Positions 39,975-51,696 of a stretch of DNA of 64,000 bases are shown piece after piece (position 1 is the stretch's first letter; every line of letters begins with the position of its first letter). This DNA comes from Podarcis bocagei. Its lineage: Eukaryota. The notes beneath the pieces were generated by a model. That model made no database searches. It was not told where the DNA came from and worked only from the letters and a program-made list of their open reading frames with translations. The position numbers and the translations under genes were made by a program. The stretch lies in assembly GCA_964188305.1 (NCBI GenBank), contig OZ076886.1; one strand, written 5' to 3'.

Positions 39975-40455
39975 GAAAAAAATTGCATAAATAAAAAGAT
40001 TAGAAGAAAATAAAAAAATAAAAAAAATAAAAAGGAAGAATACAAAATACAGAAAAAAGATAAAAAAACATTTAAAAAGAAAACACATCAATCTTTCCAT
40101 GTCATATATTCATATCCTTGCTTCCCTGACCTCCTCACACCTCCCTTTTTTGTATTCCAATTCAGTTAGTTAATTCAGCAATTTCTTTCCCTCTTTGTTT
40201 TTATCTTAATCCTTTAACTTAATATAATATAACTTTGAGTTCTCACCTGTTAATAATCCATTTTTCATACACCTTTAAAACATTGCTGCTTAAACCACTT
40301 AACTTCATTCTGACATCATTCTAACATTCATTAATTTTGCAATATTTCTGTAAATAGTCTTTAAATTTCTTCCAATCTTCTTCCACCGACTCTTCTCCCT
40401 GGTCTCGGATTCTGCCAGTCATTTCCGCCAGTTCCATGTAGTCCATCACCTTCAT
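39975..40455 (-). mobile_element. L1-clade LINE 3' fragment (ORF2 end and T-rich 3'UTR)
   Basis: Minus strand encodes MKVMDYMELAEMTGRIRDQGEESVEEDWKKFKDYLQKYCKINEC*, resembling non-mammalian L1 ORF2 C-termini. Confidence 0.7.
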
Positions 40456-40869
40456 GGTCCAACTAACTCAGTATTGTTACACTGACAGGCCATAGCTCTC
40501 CAGGGCTTCAGAATAGAGACCTCCACCAGCACTTCCTGGAAAAGTTGGGAGTTTCTGTATGCATGCAAAGCAGAAGCTCTTCCACTGCCCCCTTCCCTTC
40601 CTGTGCAATGGGATCACACAGGTATTCAGGGAGGATATTCCAGGAATAAGGGGGCAGAGTCTTTCACTGCAGCTTCACCACACATTCATACATGGGTTCC
40701 CTGTGCTGCATGGGGTGCTTGCACACCATTGTAATAGATTCCTGGTGGATGCTGCTGGTGGTGTCTTGACTCTGCATGGGATGCAGGCCAGTCACATGAG
40801 GAATATGAGCTTCAAGTTGAGGAATCCACAATGCAGGCACTGCTTAGCTAGGCTCCCCTTCTCTGCACA

Positions 40870-41240
40870 TGTTGGGATACTGCCAGGGAGACATAGGCAT
40901 CAGGCAGCCTCCATGTCATCTCCGGACGATCTCCCAGTATCCCGTAGAACAGCATCAGTCAATTAGCGACATGAGCCTCAGACACATTCCGAGACTTGTT
41001 CACACCCTTTCTGCAGAATTTCCACAACGGAAGATTCAGCCAGGAGAGCATATTTACAGCTTTATTCAACACTGATCAGAACAAAGGAAAAACATGACTG
41101 CTTGCATCTGTGTCCAGGAAAACAGCCGGAACAAAAGTATATACAAAACGGAAAGTCCCAGTGAGCAGGAAGTAAACAGGCATGTGACACACAACAATCA
41201 TGCCTGACCATTTAAGGTGGAACGGAACTATATCCTAACA
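40870..41240 (-). mobile_element. Solo LTR (371 bp, possibly Copia-type)
   Basis: Termini TGTTGGGATA...TATCCTAACA. Perfect 5-bp TSD GCACA at 40865-40869 and 41241-41245. AATAAA on the minus strand. Confidence 0.85.
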
Positions 41241-42379
41241 GCACATACATTGACCCTCAGACTCAGAGCCATGGAAACCAGAAGAGAACACAGCACCAAG
41301 AAAGGGAGGTGAATGAGTTTGTATTTATGACCAACACCAACAAAATGCTGGTGAGATTGGGCAACCTGCAGCTCCCTAGGTCCCTGACTGTTGCCCATAC
41401 TTGCTAGAGTTAATGGGTACAGTCCAACAATATCCCCATCTCTGTTCTGAAAAGATAAGAACAGGGTTGGAGGACTAGAGTTTCAACAACCCTTACTTCT
41501 ATCCCAGTATCATTTCATTACAGCCCCCTATAAAATCTGCTGTAACACCCTGCACACCAATGGCAAATGCATTCAGTGCTTGGCTTCTCCACCGTAAGAA
41601 GCTGCAGAACTGCCATGGATTAGATGGTTTGACACTCTGCTGTGAAGCAAGTGACCTTGGCTTCCATTATATGTCTTCAGGACACAGCTTGAGAGCCAGT
41701 CAATTATCTAGCCGTGGTGTTTGTGTAAGGACGGCATGGCTGGCAAAATTGGACACCAGTGGTTGCCAGGTGAACTTTGTGTGCTGAGCACAGGGGATGA
41801 AAACACAGACCTTTGCAGCTAGAAGAGAAAATTTCCCCAGCAAGCAGCCATAATAGAGATAATAGGATTGACTCTGTATTCAAGCCTTTGCAGCTTTGTA
41901 AGTCGTTTTGCACAGCTCAGTGCTGGGTGGCAAAACATTTTCTATCTGTGAAGACACCTGGACTGGAGTAACAGAAACAAAAGGGGCTAGATTGTCCTCA
42001 TTGTTCGAAATATTAGCAGAGGAAATAGAATGTGGGATTTTTAATAGAGGCTGACGTTGTAATGGTGTCCATGCCATGATGCGCCTTTTGGGTGGTGTTT
42101 CTGAACCTGTGGAACACTCTCCCCACTAGGGATGTCAGAGAATTTTGACCAAAACAGAAACTGGAGGATAAATTGCTACTGTTCATTTATTTGTCCCATG
42201 TCTGGAACAAAAATCAATCCAGCAAGTATGATTGGTATTCACTGCTCTTGCTTTCAGTCTGCAAATGATACATAATTAGGTTTTTTGTTTTCATTTGCTT
42301 TGTGTTTCCTGTCCTTTTGCACTCTGAAAAATACTGTGCACTTTACAAAGCATGTGCTGAGCTGCCTTGGCCTCTTCTG

Positions 42380-42776
42380 TGTCAGCATCCTACGGGGGTC
42401 GAGATGCCAGCTGGCTAGCCCCCAACTGGATCATGCCCTTCCGGCGATGACGATCCCCCGATCTCTGATGCGACGTAAATCAGCGACTCAGATTTCAAAG
42501 CCTGAGCACACTATATTAGCAGAGCATACTGCACAAACAGAAGTGGTGTGAGGCTTGTGGAAGTGTTCTAACAAGCTACAGATTTATTAAGCATAAATCA
42601 GGACAAGGAAAACATGTCGTCTCTCTTTCGTCTCCTCAGATAGAGAGAGAGAGAGTGAAAAGCGAAAGCTACACACACAATGGAAGTTCCCAGCAAGCTG
42701 TGCTGGTATGTAAACAGACATGTGACATGCAACAGTTCCATGTCGGCAACTAAAGGTGGAATGGAATTTCCCAACA
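42380..42776 (-). mobile_element. Solo LTR (397 bp), related to 40870-41240
   Basis: Termini TG...CA. Perfect 5-bp TSD TTCTG at 42375-42379 and 42777-42781. Shares GTAAACAGRCATGTGACA and AAGGTGGAAYGGAA blocks with the 40870 LTR. Confidence 0.8.
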
Positions 42777-43704
42777 TTCTGAGCCAGCTATAAGAGTAGA
42801 GAGCCCCAGTGAGTCACTGATAATTTAGAAGGAACAGGGGAAGCAACAGATACTTTCCTTTCACTACATTGGTAAATCATTCCCATGTAAAAAAACCACA
42901 TCATTTGTACAAAACAAGCATTAGGTAAGGGGGGGGGCAGGTGCCTTCAACCAACTGTCATGCACTCCTTTGGGGGATGCCATGGGGCTGATCCATACTA
43001 TTGTTAAATGAGAAGAGAACATCATACGGACAAGGAAGAGATAATAGAGCTACAGGAAGCATACCACCCACATTAACGTAAAATAAGGATGACCCCATGA
43101 TATTCTGGTTTGAGCAACATCCCTGGTTCCAGGCACCTCTCCTTGCAGGAACCAACGAGTGCACAATTCCTTGGAAATTCCATCAGGTCATATTTTAGAG
43201 TTAGAAAACAGAGTGGCTGATAGTGTATACAGATTTGGGGAGGAGGTGTTGTACAATGGGAAGGGGGAATTCCTCACATTGCACCAATAACCTATCCACA
43301 GCTTTTGCTGCAGCCCGGAACAAAACCAGGTGAAAAATATTTTATTTATCTCTACAGAGGTGCCCATGCACCAACACATTTACTTGTGGTTTGAGATCAG
43401 GCAGCAATATAGCTGTCTTCTTTAGATTAAAAGAGGAGGGGGTGGGGAATTACGCTGGAGAGTGGGTGGGTAATGAGGATAACTGAAATAGAGTCTTTAT
43501 GCTAAATAATGTTGCTGCCATGGTGATCCCTTGCCTTTCTGTTTTGTACTGTGTCAAAAGCTCTTGCCTGCTTCTTCTTTTTGCATTTGAGTTCAGCTCT
43601 TTTCCAGATGCAGAGGTGGCAGTGCAGTTTTGGCAGCACGTGGAACAGCAGGGGCAACAGGAAGCCAGTTGAATGGGATTAGCCTACAACATCAAGAGCT
43701 AGAC

Positions 43705-43890
43705 CAGGGGTTGTCAACTTGATCCCTACTGCCCACTAGTGGGTGTTTCAGGATTCTAGGTGGGCAGTAGGGGGTTCTATGGCACAGGCTGAATCCTGCT
43801 TCCATCGAGCACTGGTGGGTGGTAAAGAAATTTTAGCTTCAAGAAAGATGCATTAGTGGGTGGTAGGCATAAAAAGGTTGACTACCCCTG
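43705..43890. mobile_element. hAT MITE
   Basis: TIRs CAGGGGTTGTCAAC...GTTGACTACCCCTG. Degenerate 8-bp TSD AGCTAGAC/AGCTAGGT. Confidence 0.72.
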
Positions 43891-45579
43891 AGCTAGGTTC
43901 TGTTGCATCATCATCATCATCATCATCATCCCTAGCCTAGGAACAAACCAGACTCTGAAATGTTCTTTCAATATCAGCTCCTCTTCGAAAGCACATTGCC
44001 TTCCTGCTTAAACAGCCAGGCCACTTTCAGGACTTTCATTTAAGAAGTCTGCATTTGCAAGGATCAGATGTTACTAAGTATTCCATTCAGGCAACTGTTG
44101 GTCCCACCAACACTGCAATACACTGTGTTGTTTACACTGAGGCAGAGGCAGGTGTATGTGTGTGTGAGAGAGAGTGTGACAGAGAGAGAGAGAGAGAGAG
44201 GACGGAGTCCTTAAGTTGGGTTGGTAAAGTAATAAGTACTCGGTGGAGCTCTCCCTTGTTACAGAGCAGATAAATTGAGAATGACTGGAAGGGAAGATAA
44301 TACAAGCAGAGCCATTGTTAAGGAGGCTTGCTGGGCCTATGCCCAATTCAAGGTGTAAGTATTTACGAGCCCCTAAATGGCTTAGGATCCAAATACATAA
44401 AAAAGCGCCAACGCAGTATCAACCATCTCTAGCCCTACGTCCAGCAAGGGAGGTCCTGTTGGTAATGCCACCACTCAGGAGTGGTGTGTGTGTGTGTGTG
44501 TGTGTGTGTTGCCTGGTGACATGGCCTTCTCAGTGGTGGCTCCGTATTTGTGGAATGCCTTCCCCAGTGAGAGGCATCAGATTCCCCCATCATGACTTTT
44601 TGATGATATATACATCCCTTTTTACCCAGGCATTTAATGGATGGAAGTCCTGTACCATGCAACCTAGAAACTGCTAGTTCGAGAGTAGGTGTTTCCTTTT
44701 AGAAGGTTGTTTTTAAATGTTTGGGCCAAATTTCACCAGCACAGAGTGCCAGGAGACACAAGGACAAGAACTAGGAAATGCCAGGCCTCTGCTCTGCTTC
44801 CCCTTGTGCTGAGTAACTTAGGGCTGCAGACCAGGGACATTCCCACTGGGGCTGGGGTAAGACTCTCAGCCTTGGAGGCCAAACGCAGCCTTCTGAGCCT
44901 CCAAACTCTCCCAAGATGTCATCCCTCACTGGCGCAGCTTTGTAGCCCAAGTGATTTTTCCTGGTTGAAATGTGTCCTTTGCACTCTGCTAACACCTCTT
45001 CCTTGAATGAAAGGAGGCTGGAGAAGGACATGTACAAACCGGCCTGCTGTACAAAGCATTTTGTACTTGCAGCTTGTATATCTGTTGCTGCATTTTCGTC
45101 CCTGACCTTGCACATCACCCTTGACAGGTTTCCCAGAAGAGAATGTGGTCCTTGGCTATATATATATCCTCCTTCCAGATTCCAGGGGGACTGTCAAGAC
45201 CTCAGGGTCTCACTCCCTATCCTCATGGAACAAGGCTGTGGATGTAGAGCAAGAGAAGGTATCAGCCCCAGGTATTCCTTCTGCACTCCAATCCAGACAA
45301 GCCAATAGGTCTCCTCTGACCTGGGAGGGCTAGAAAAGCTTTCAAGTGAAACTTGGGTACTGCTTGGGCAAAATCCAGCTTTATCTTGTCTGCCTGGCTC
45401 TTATTCCTGGTTCTTTTTCCTCTGCCTGCAGGATTCACCTCCCCACCCAGACCCAAACTCAGGGACTCCTGTCTCCTTCTCCCTATCTTGCCAACAATCT
45501 AGGTTACCTGTAGCTTAACATAGTGACACAACTAAACCTTAATTGCCCTGCAGTTGAAAGACAAGCTCCTTGTCTTTCA

Positions 45580-46117
45580 GTAATAGTGCCACTGTATTCT
45601 GCTCTGGTCAGACCTCACCTGGAGTACTGTGTCCAGTTCTGGGCACCACAGTTCAAGAAGGACACTGACAAACTGGAACGTGTCCAGAGGAGGGCAACCA
45701 AAATGGTCAAAGGCCTGGAAACGATGCCTTATGAGGAACGGCTAAGGGAGCTGGGCATGTTTAGCTTGGAGAAGAGGAGGTTAAGGGGTGATATGATAGC
45801 CATGTTCAAATATATAAAAGGATGTCACATAGAGGAGGGAGAAAGGTTGTTTTCTGCTGCTCCAGAGAAGCGGACACGGAGCAATGGATCCAAACTACAA
45901 GAAAGAAGATTCCACCTAAACATTAGGAAGAACTTCCTGACAGTAAGAGCTGTTCGACAGTGGAATTTGCTGCCAAGGAGTGTGGTGGAGTCTCCTACTT
46001 TGGAGGTCTTTAAGCAGAGGCTTGACAACCATATGTCAGGAGTGCTCTGATGGTGCTTCCTGCTTGGCAGGGGGTTGGACTCGATGGCCCTTGTGGTCTA
46101 TTCCAACTCTATGATTC
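45580..46117 (+). mobile_element. CR1 LINE 3' fragment
   Basis: [71 protein letters not shown] is the CR1 ORF2 C-terminus. CR1 3' end present. Confidence 0.93.
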
Positions 46118-47049
46118 CTCTTGGCAATCATAAAAGCAAGAAAAAGGAGCCAGGTCCTATCCTCTAAAGATAACAAAGACATCAGGGAATGATCTAACAG
46201 CCTGAATGGATTTTGGCCACGACGCAAATTGGATTTCATCTGCATAGAGCAACCTAATTTTTCAATCTGTTCCTACTGCCACTGAAGATACAATTTCTCA
46301 CCTTGAGCTTCTGATCTCACAGCCTGCTCCTTGGCACTGCTGAGTATGTATGTGCGGCAGATGTATAAAAGGGACACACGTTCACTTTTGATGGGAATGG
46401 TCAACTTACCCCTCTGAAGTAGCTTTCTTGGCGTGGCCCCGCCATGGCATTGCAAGCTGAAAGGCAAGTAGAGGAAAGCTGCATTAGATTAAACCGAAAT
46501 CAATGGGTGTGTGTTGGAGATACATTATAGTGGGCATGCTCTCAAAGGGCTGAGGTCACTTCTAGACCGTCAGCATTTTACAGGAAAGATTCGAGCCCTT
46601 GCTAGAAATTCAGGTTTGTGCAATCAAAGCAGATTAAAGTGCTCTGTTGCCCTGGAACAACAAGCTAACTTTTCTTTTCTTTTAAATAACTTTTTGCAGT
46701 TAGGAAAGTGGTGGGGTGGGGAAATGAGCTGAAAAGTGTGGAATGAATGAATGATTAACAGGAAGGTGTATAAACAGTGTGTGAGCAAATCAGGATGAAT
46801 GCTCCTTATCATAGAATTCCTCCTCAAACAACTCTGAAGAAGAGCTCAAAGTACTAGCTGCTGGGGAATAGCAGGAGATGGCTCCTGCTTGTGAGCCTTC
46901 CTAGGCAACCTGTTATCACGTTGTTGTTGCTTGTGGTGGTGTTCATCCTGTTGGCCATTGGGAGCAACGGGATGCTAGACTACAGCAAAAAGAGCTCTCC
47001 TTATGTCCTTAAGCTGTTCTTATGAGTTTTTCTCTCTCGTAACACTTAA

Positions 47050-47410
47050 CATGGACGTACGGCAAAACTGAATGTTGGAAGATTCAGGACAGACAATAGA
47101 AAGTACTTCTTCACACAGCATAAACAGTGGAAATCACTTCCACAGGAGGCAGTGATGGCCACCAACTTAGATGGTAAGATTTGACAGATTCATGGAGGAG
47201 AAGGCTATTGATGGGCTACTAGCCCTTGTGGCTATGTTTTGCCTCTGCAGTGGAGCGGGGAAGGGGGTGCTTCTGAATACCAGCTATTGGGAACCATGGG
47301 AAGGGAGAGTGCTCATGTACGTAGGACCTCCTTGAGGGTTTCTGACAAGCATCTGGTTGGCCACTTGATGAGCCACTGGACTGATCCAACAGGCTCTTCC
47401 TATATCCTTA
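47050..47410 (+). mobile_element. Degraded older CR1-type 3' fragment (related pieces near 36430-36690 on the minus strand and 54450-54695)
   Basis: Remnant GGAAGATTCAGGACAGAC..AAGTACTTCTTCACACAG..TGGAA..CACTTCCACAGGAGGCAGTGATGGCC, resembling a CR1 ORF2 end. Confidence 0.5.
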
Positions 47411-48504
47411 TGGGAGGGGGAATTCCAGTCTTGCTCACGTACACCAGGAACCATCTCCATGCTGTGTAAACCTATCAACATGCCAAGGGTATAACAAACA
47501 CGATAGCTTCCTTGGGACAGAAAGGGTCACAGGTTATGGTGCCTTCAGGATGCCCCTTCCCTGTGCTTGGGCCATCACATGACTCCGAGCACCTTGGGCT
47601 GTAGCTCACATGAGCCAGCTGTAAGGAATTAAGAGAACATCCTTTTGCAGAAGGTCTGGCAGGTCTAGAACACATCCGACTTTAACTTGACAGCTTTATT
47701 CCAGTAGTCTCACAGCAGATTTCTCACCCAAAAGCTTCACTTTCCCTCACTCCTCATTCTATTATTTCTCACCTTTTCCCACCACCATTTCTGCTTTCTG
47801 CCAAATGATTGATTAATTCTGACACGCAGTCTCTGAGTGTTCCTTTCCTCACCTTTGCTATTGTGTGGGGATTACACCAGTGAAGCAGCATCTCTCAGAC
47901 CTGTCCTACTTATTAACCTTTTGCATTGTTTGGTGCCCATTTTTCCTTTTGCGCAAGAGATACTGAATCTGACCTCATGTTAGCCAACCAGCTTTTTTGG
48001 TCCAGGCGTAATTGAAAAATTCTCGAGTCCCGAATGGAAGTGCTTATTGGGGTCAAAAACTTCTGACATTCCAGATCCCAGAAATGTATTAAGTTATTTG
48101 GTCTACCTGGCACAAGGCTATTAGGGAAGAAACACAAAAACCTACAAAACTACTTTCTTTTTTAATCACTGTAGAATCTTCTGAGTTGCTAAGAGCATCA
48201 GAAGCCCCATCTGCACTACACCTTAAGAGCAGTATCATACCACTTTAAAGAGGCATAGCTTCCCCCAAAGTATCCTGGGAACTGCAGTTTGATAAGGTTG
48301 CTGAGAGCTGAAGAGACTCCTATTCCCCTTACAGATCTGATTTAACAATCCCTTTCCCTAGGAAACTGGGAATTGTACTTCTGTGAGGGGAACATGGGTC
48401 TCCTCAGCTCTCAGCATCCTGAACAAATGGCAGCTCCCAGGATTTTTGGGATTTCCCATATTCCATGCCTGCTAAAATGGTAGCCCCAGTACGCTTCCGA
48501 GCAT

Positions 48505-48837
48505 TGGCTCCCAGTATGTTTCTGAGCACAATTCAAAGTGTTGGTGTTGACCTTTAAAGGCCTAAATGGCCTCGGTCCAGTATACCTGAAGGAGCGTCTC
48601 CATCCCCATCATTCTGCCCAGACACTGAGGTCCACTGCCAAGGGCCTTCTGGTGGTTCCCTCCCTGCGAAAAGCCAAGTTACAGGGAACCAGGCAGAGGG
48701 CCTTCTCCACCCTGTCTCCTCCCATCAGATGTCAAAGAGATATACAACTATCTCACATTTAGAAGACATCTAAAGGCAGCCCTGTTTAGGGAAGTTTTTA
48801 ATGACTGATGTTTTAATGTCAGATGGACGGGGTATAA

Positions 48838-48891
<54 letters not shown>
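48505..48891 (+). mobile_element. L2 LINE 3' fragment with (TTA)n tail, inside a degenerate palindromic MITE (~48205-48920; related copy at ~49168-49430)
   Basis: VLVLTFKGLNGLGPVYLKERLHPHHSAQTLRS. (TTA)n at 48838-48891. Confidence 0.8.
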
Positions 48892-48892
<1 letters not shown>

Positions 48893-50835
48893 CTTAAATG
48901 TATGGTATGGATGTGGCCTTAGTCAGCTTGGTATGTCCAAATATTTTTTTTAGCTTTGATGCCTCTGTTTGCACTTCAAACTAAAAATTGGTCTGGTCAG
49001 TTCCTTGCTCATATAACATCTCTTGTCAGTTATCAAGATCATAGTTATTTTTCATACCAAATAATAATAATAATAATAATAAAGAATTGCCAGAGATCTT
49101 GAAGAACATAGCCCACCTTTTCTGAAAATAAATATTTGACTGGAGGACCTGTGGTCTCACTGTATAAAACCACATCTGCCACAATACATTTAAAGCAGTG
49201 TCCTATCACTTTAAACAGCCATGGGTTCCTCCCAAAGAATGCTGAGAATTGTAGTTCGTTTCCTGGGAAGATGGGCTGACTGTTAAACCACTCTGCAATT
49301 TGTAGCTCTGTGAAGCAAACAGAGGTCTCCTAGCAACTATCGGCACCCCTAACAAACAACAGTCCCTGGGGAGAAGCCATGGCGGTTAAAGTAGTATTGA
49401 AGTGCTTTAAATGTATGGTGCAGACGAGACCATCAAGCAGGGTGCAGATTAGCCATGTAGCAGGACTATATAGAGAACAAGCAGGCTTGTTCTAGCACTA
49501 GATCTGATCTAATCTAACAAAAAAAAATCTGTCAAACCATACAACATTTACACAAAATGTAGATGACGCACAGTAGCATTTCGATGCCGTTTGGTTATTC
49601 TGAATGGAAAAAAAACTCTAAAGACTCATAATAGAAGCAATTAAGAAAAAGCAGAACTATAGATCTACTGCTCCAGATATTGTGTTACTGCAAGTTGAAG
49701 CATCCATTAGGATTTAAGCTACTTTTGTGTATTGTTTTAATATACCTTCACAGCATGCACTGTAATGGCTCCTTAGCAGCTATTAAAATGTAGGCTGGCT
49801 ACATGAATTAACAATAATATATGCTGCCTATTCTACAGCTCCGTAACACCTAATCCATTTATCCATAGCCTTTTTATTATTCTTAACACAGAATCAGAAA
49901 GGAAACCATAACCCTGTACTGGCAATGTATGTGCCCATGTAATGTATCTCAAAAGCTGCAGTGGAAAGGGGGAAAAAGGTTTCTCTATCAAAAGCATTTA
50001 CGTGTGGGTCCCTTTTGAATCTGAATTCCTTCAGTTCGCATTTCACAAGTCCCAATCCAGAGCCCAGCTAATTTTGAAATACAAACACACACACGTGTGC
50101 GCGCGCGCAGGCACAGCAATCCATAAATAAAATCCAGTCACTGCAAAATTATTCCTGGTGCTATTATTCCTGGAGTGGACTGAGGAGGGAAGGGAGGCAA
50201 TGAACACCAACAACAACTGCTTTCTTCCCTTTGTTTTTGCCTGTCTTCCTTGCCCAAACTCTTGGGCTAATTCATAAAATAGCTAATGGCTCCTGTGAAC
50301 AACTAAGGCACCTGCTCCACAAGGGAGGGTACCACATCCTGTCCCTGCATCAGAGGCACTACAAGGGTTAAGGCCCTAGGAGAGGTCCCTGGGAGTGCCT
50401 ACCTTGGCAGCAGTGGCACTGCCACCCGCTGCCTTCCCCCACCGTTCCTGCTTCCTCACACTTTTAAGCTTAGCTGCAGTGGGCAGGCAACAGTGGCAAC
50501 TGGCACACACCAATGGCAAGCAAAATTTCAGCCACCTGCTGTCATTTTAGTTTAAGTACCCCCTCCCTTAGGAGTGTCAATGGGTTCAGCCAATCAGATG
50601 ACACTTTTGAGGTCACAGGGGCAATGATGGCTCCAGAGTGATGAGGGGGCAGGGCTGAGAGGGCTTGGCCATTCCCTCTTACTTGATTGGACCTGCAACA
50701 CCAAAGGCAATATCTGATTCGCTTTGCTTGCCACCACTCTCATTTGAGGGGAAGGAGAGTAGATGGCTACAGCCTTGGGTGCCAGCACAGAACATTCTAG
50801 TGCACCGCAAATGCCACTGCTTATCTCATGGGTCT

Positions 50836-51459
50836 AGTAGTGATGTATGGAAGTGAGAGCTGGACCATAAAGAAGGCTGATCGCTGAAGAATTGATGCTT
50901 TTGGATTATTTTTTATTTTTATTTTTATTTTTATTTTTATTTTTATTATATGGTTAAGCCGCTTCTGGCGAACCAGAGCAGCACATGGAAAACTGTTTAC
51001 CTTCCCACCGGAGCAATACCTATTTATCTACTTGCACTTTGATGTGCTTTCAAACTACTAGGTTGGCAGGAGCAGGGACCGAGAAATGGGAGCTCACCCC
51101 GTCGTGGGGATTTGAACCACCGATCTTCTGATGCTTTTGAATTATGGTGCTGGAGGAGACTCTTGAGAGTCCCATGGACTGCAAGAAGATCAAACCTCTC
51201 CATTCTGAAGGAAATCAGCCCTGAGTGCTCACTGGAAGGACAGATCCTGAAGCTGAGGCTCCAATACTTTGTGCCACCTCATGAGAAGAGAAGACCCTCT
51301 GGAAAAGACCCTGATGTTGGGAAAGATGGAGGGCACAAGGAGAAGGGGACGGCAGAGGACGAGGTGGTTGGACAGTGTTCTCAAAGCTACCAGCATGAGT
51401 TTGACCAAACTGCAGGAGGCAGTGGAAGACAGGAGTGCCTGGCGTGCTCTGGTCCATGG
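50836..51459 (+). mobile_element. RTE-BovB fragment interrupted by a Sauria SINE piece
   Basis: Matches 2316-2700. The insertion at 50910-51128 is bounded by the duplication TGATGCTTTTG(G/A)ATTAT. Confidence 0.88.
50910..51128 (-). mobile_element. Internal Sauria SINE fragment with (TAAAAA)n tail
   Basis: 50950-51128 is homologous to the middle of the Sauria SINE. 50910-50948 is (TTTTTA)n. Confidence 0.8.
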
Positions 51460-51462
51460 ATC

Positions 51463-51696
51463 AGGCCCGGGGGCCAGATCCGACCCAATCGCCTTCTTAA
51501 TCTGGCCCGCAGACAGTCTGGGAATCAGCATGTTTTTACATGAGTAGAATGTGTGCTTTTATTTAAAATGCATCTCTGGTTTATTTGTGGGGCATAGAAA
51601 TTCGATCATTTATTTTTTTTCAAAATATAGTCCGGCCCCCCACAAGGTCTGAGGGACAGTGGACCAGCCCCCTGCTGAAAAAGTTTGCTGACCCCT
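51463..51696 (+). mobile_element. hAT-Charlie non-autonomous element (OposCharlie1/OC1-like), left end missing
   Basis: End CCGGCCCCCCACAAGGTCTGAGGGACAGTGGACCAGCCCCCTGCTGAAAAAGTTTGCTGACCCCT resembles OC1-type right termini as I recall them. Confidence 0.6.

Noticed and set aside
40870-42776. The two LTRs as the ends of a single non-autonomous LTR element
   Set aside because: Each LTR has its own distinct TSD, they are too diverged, and no PBS or PPT is evident between them.
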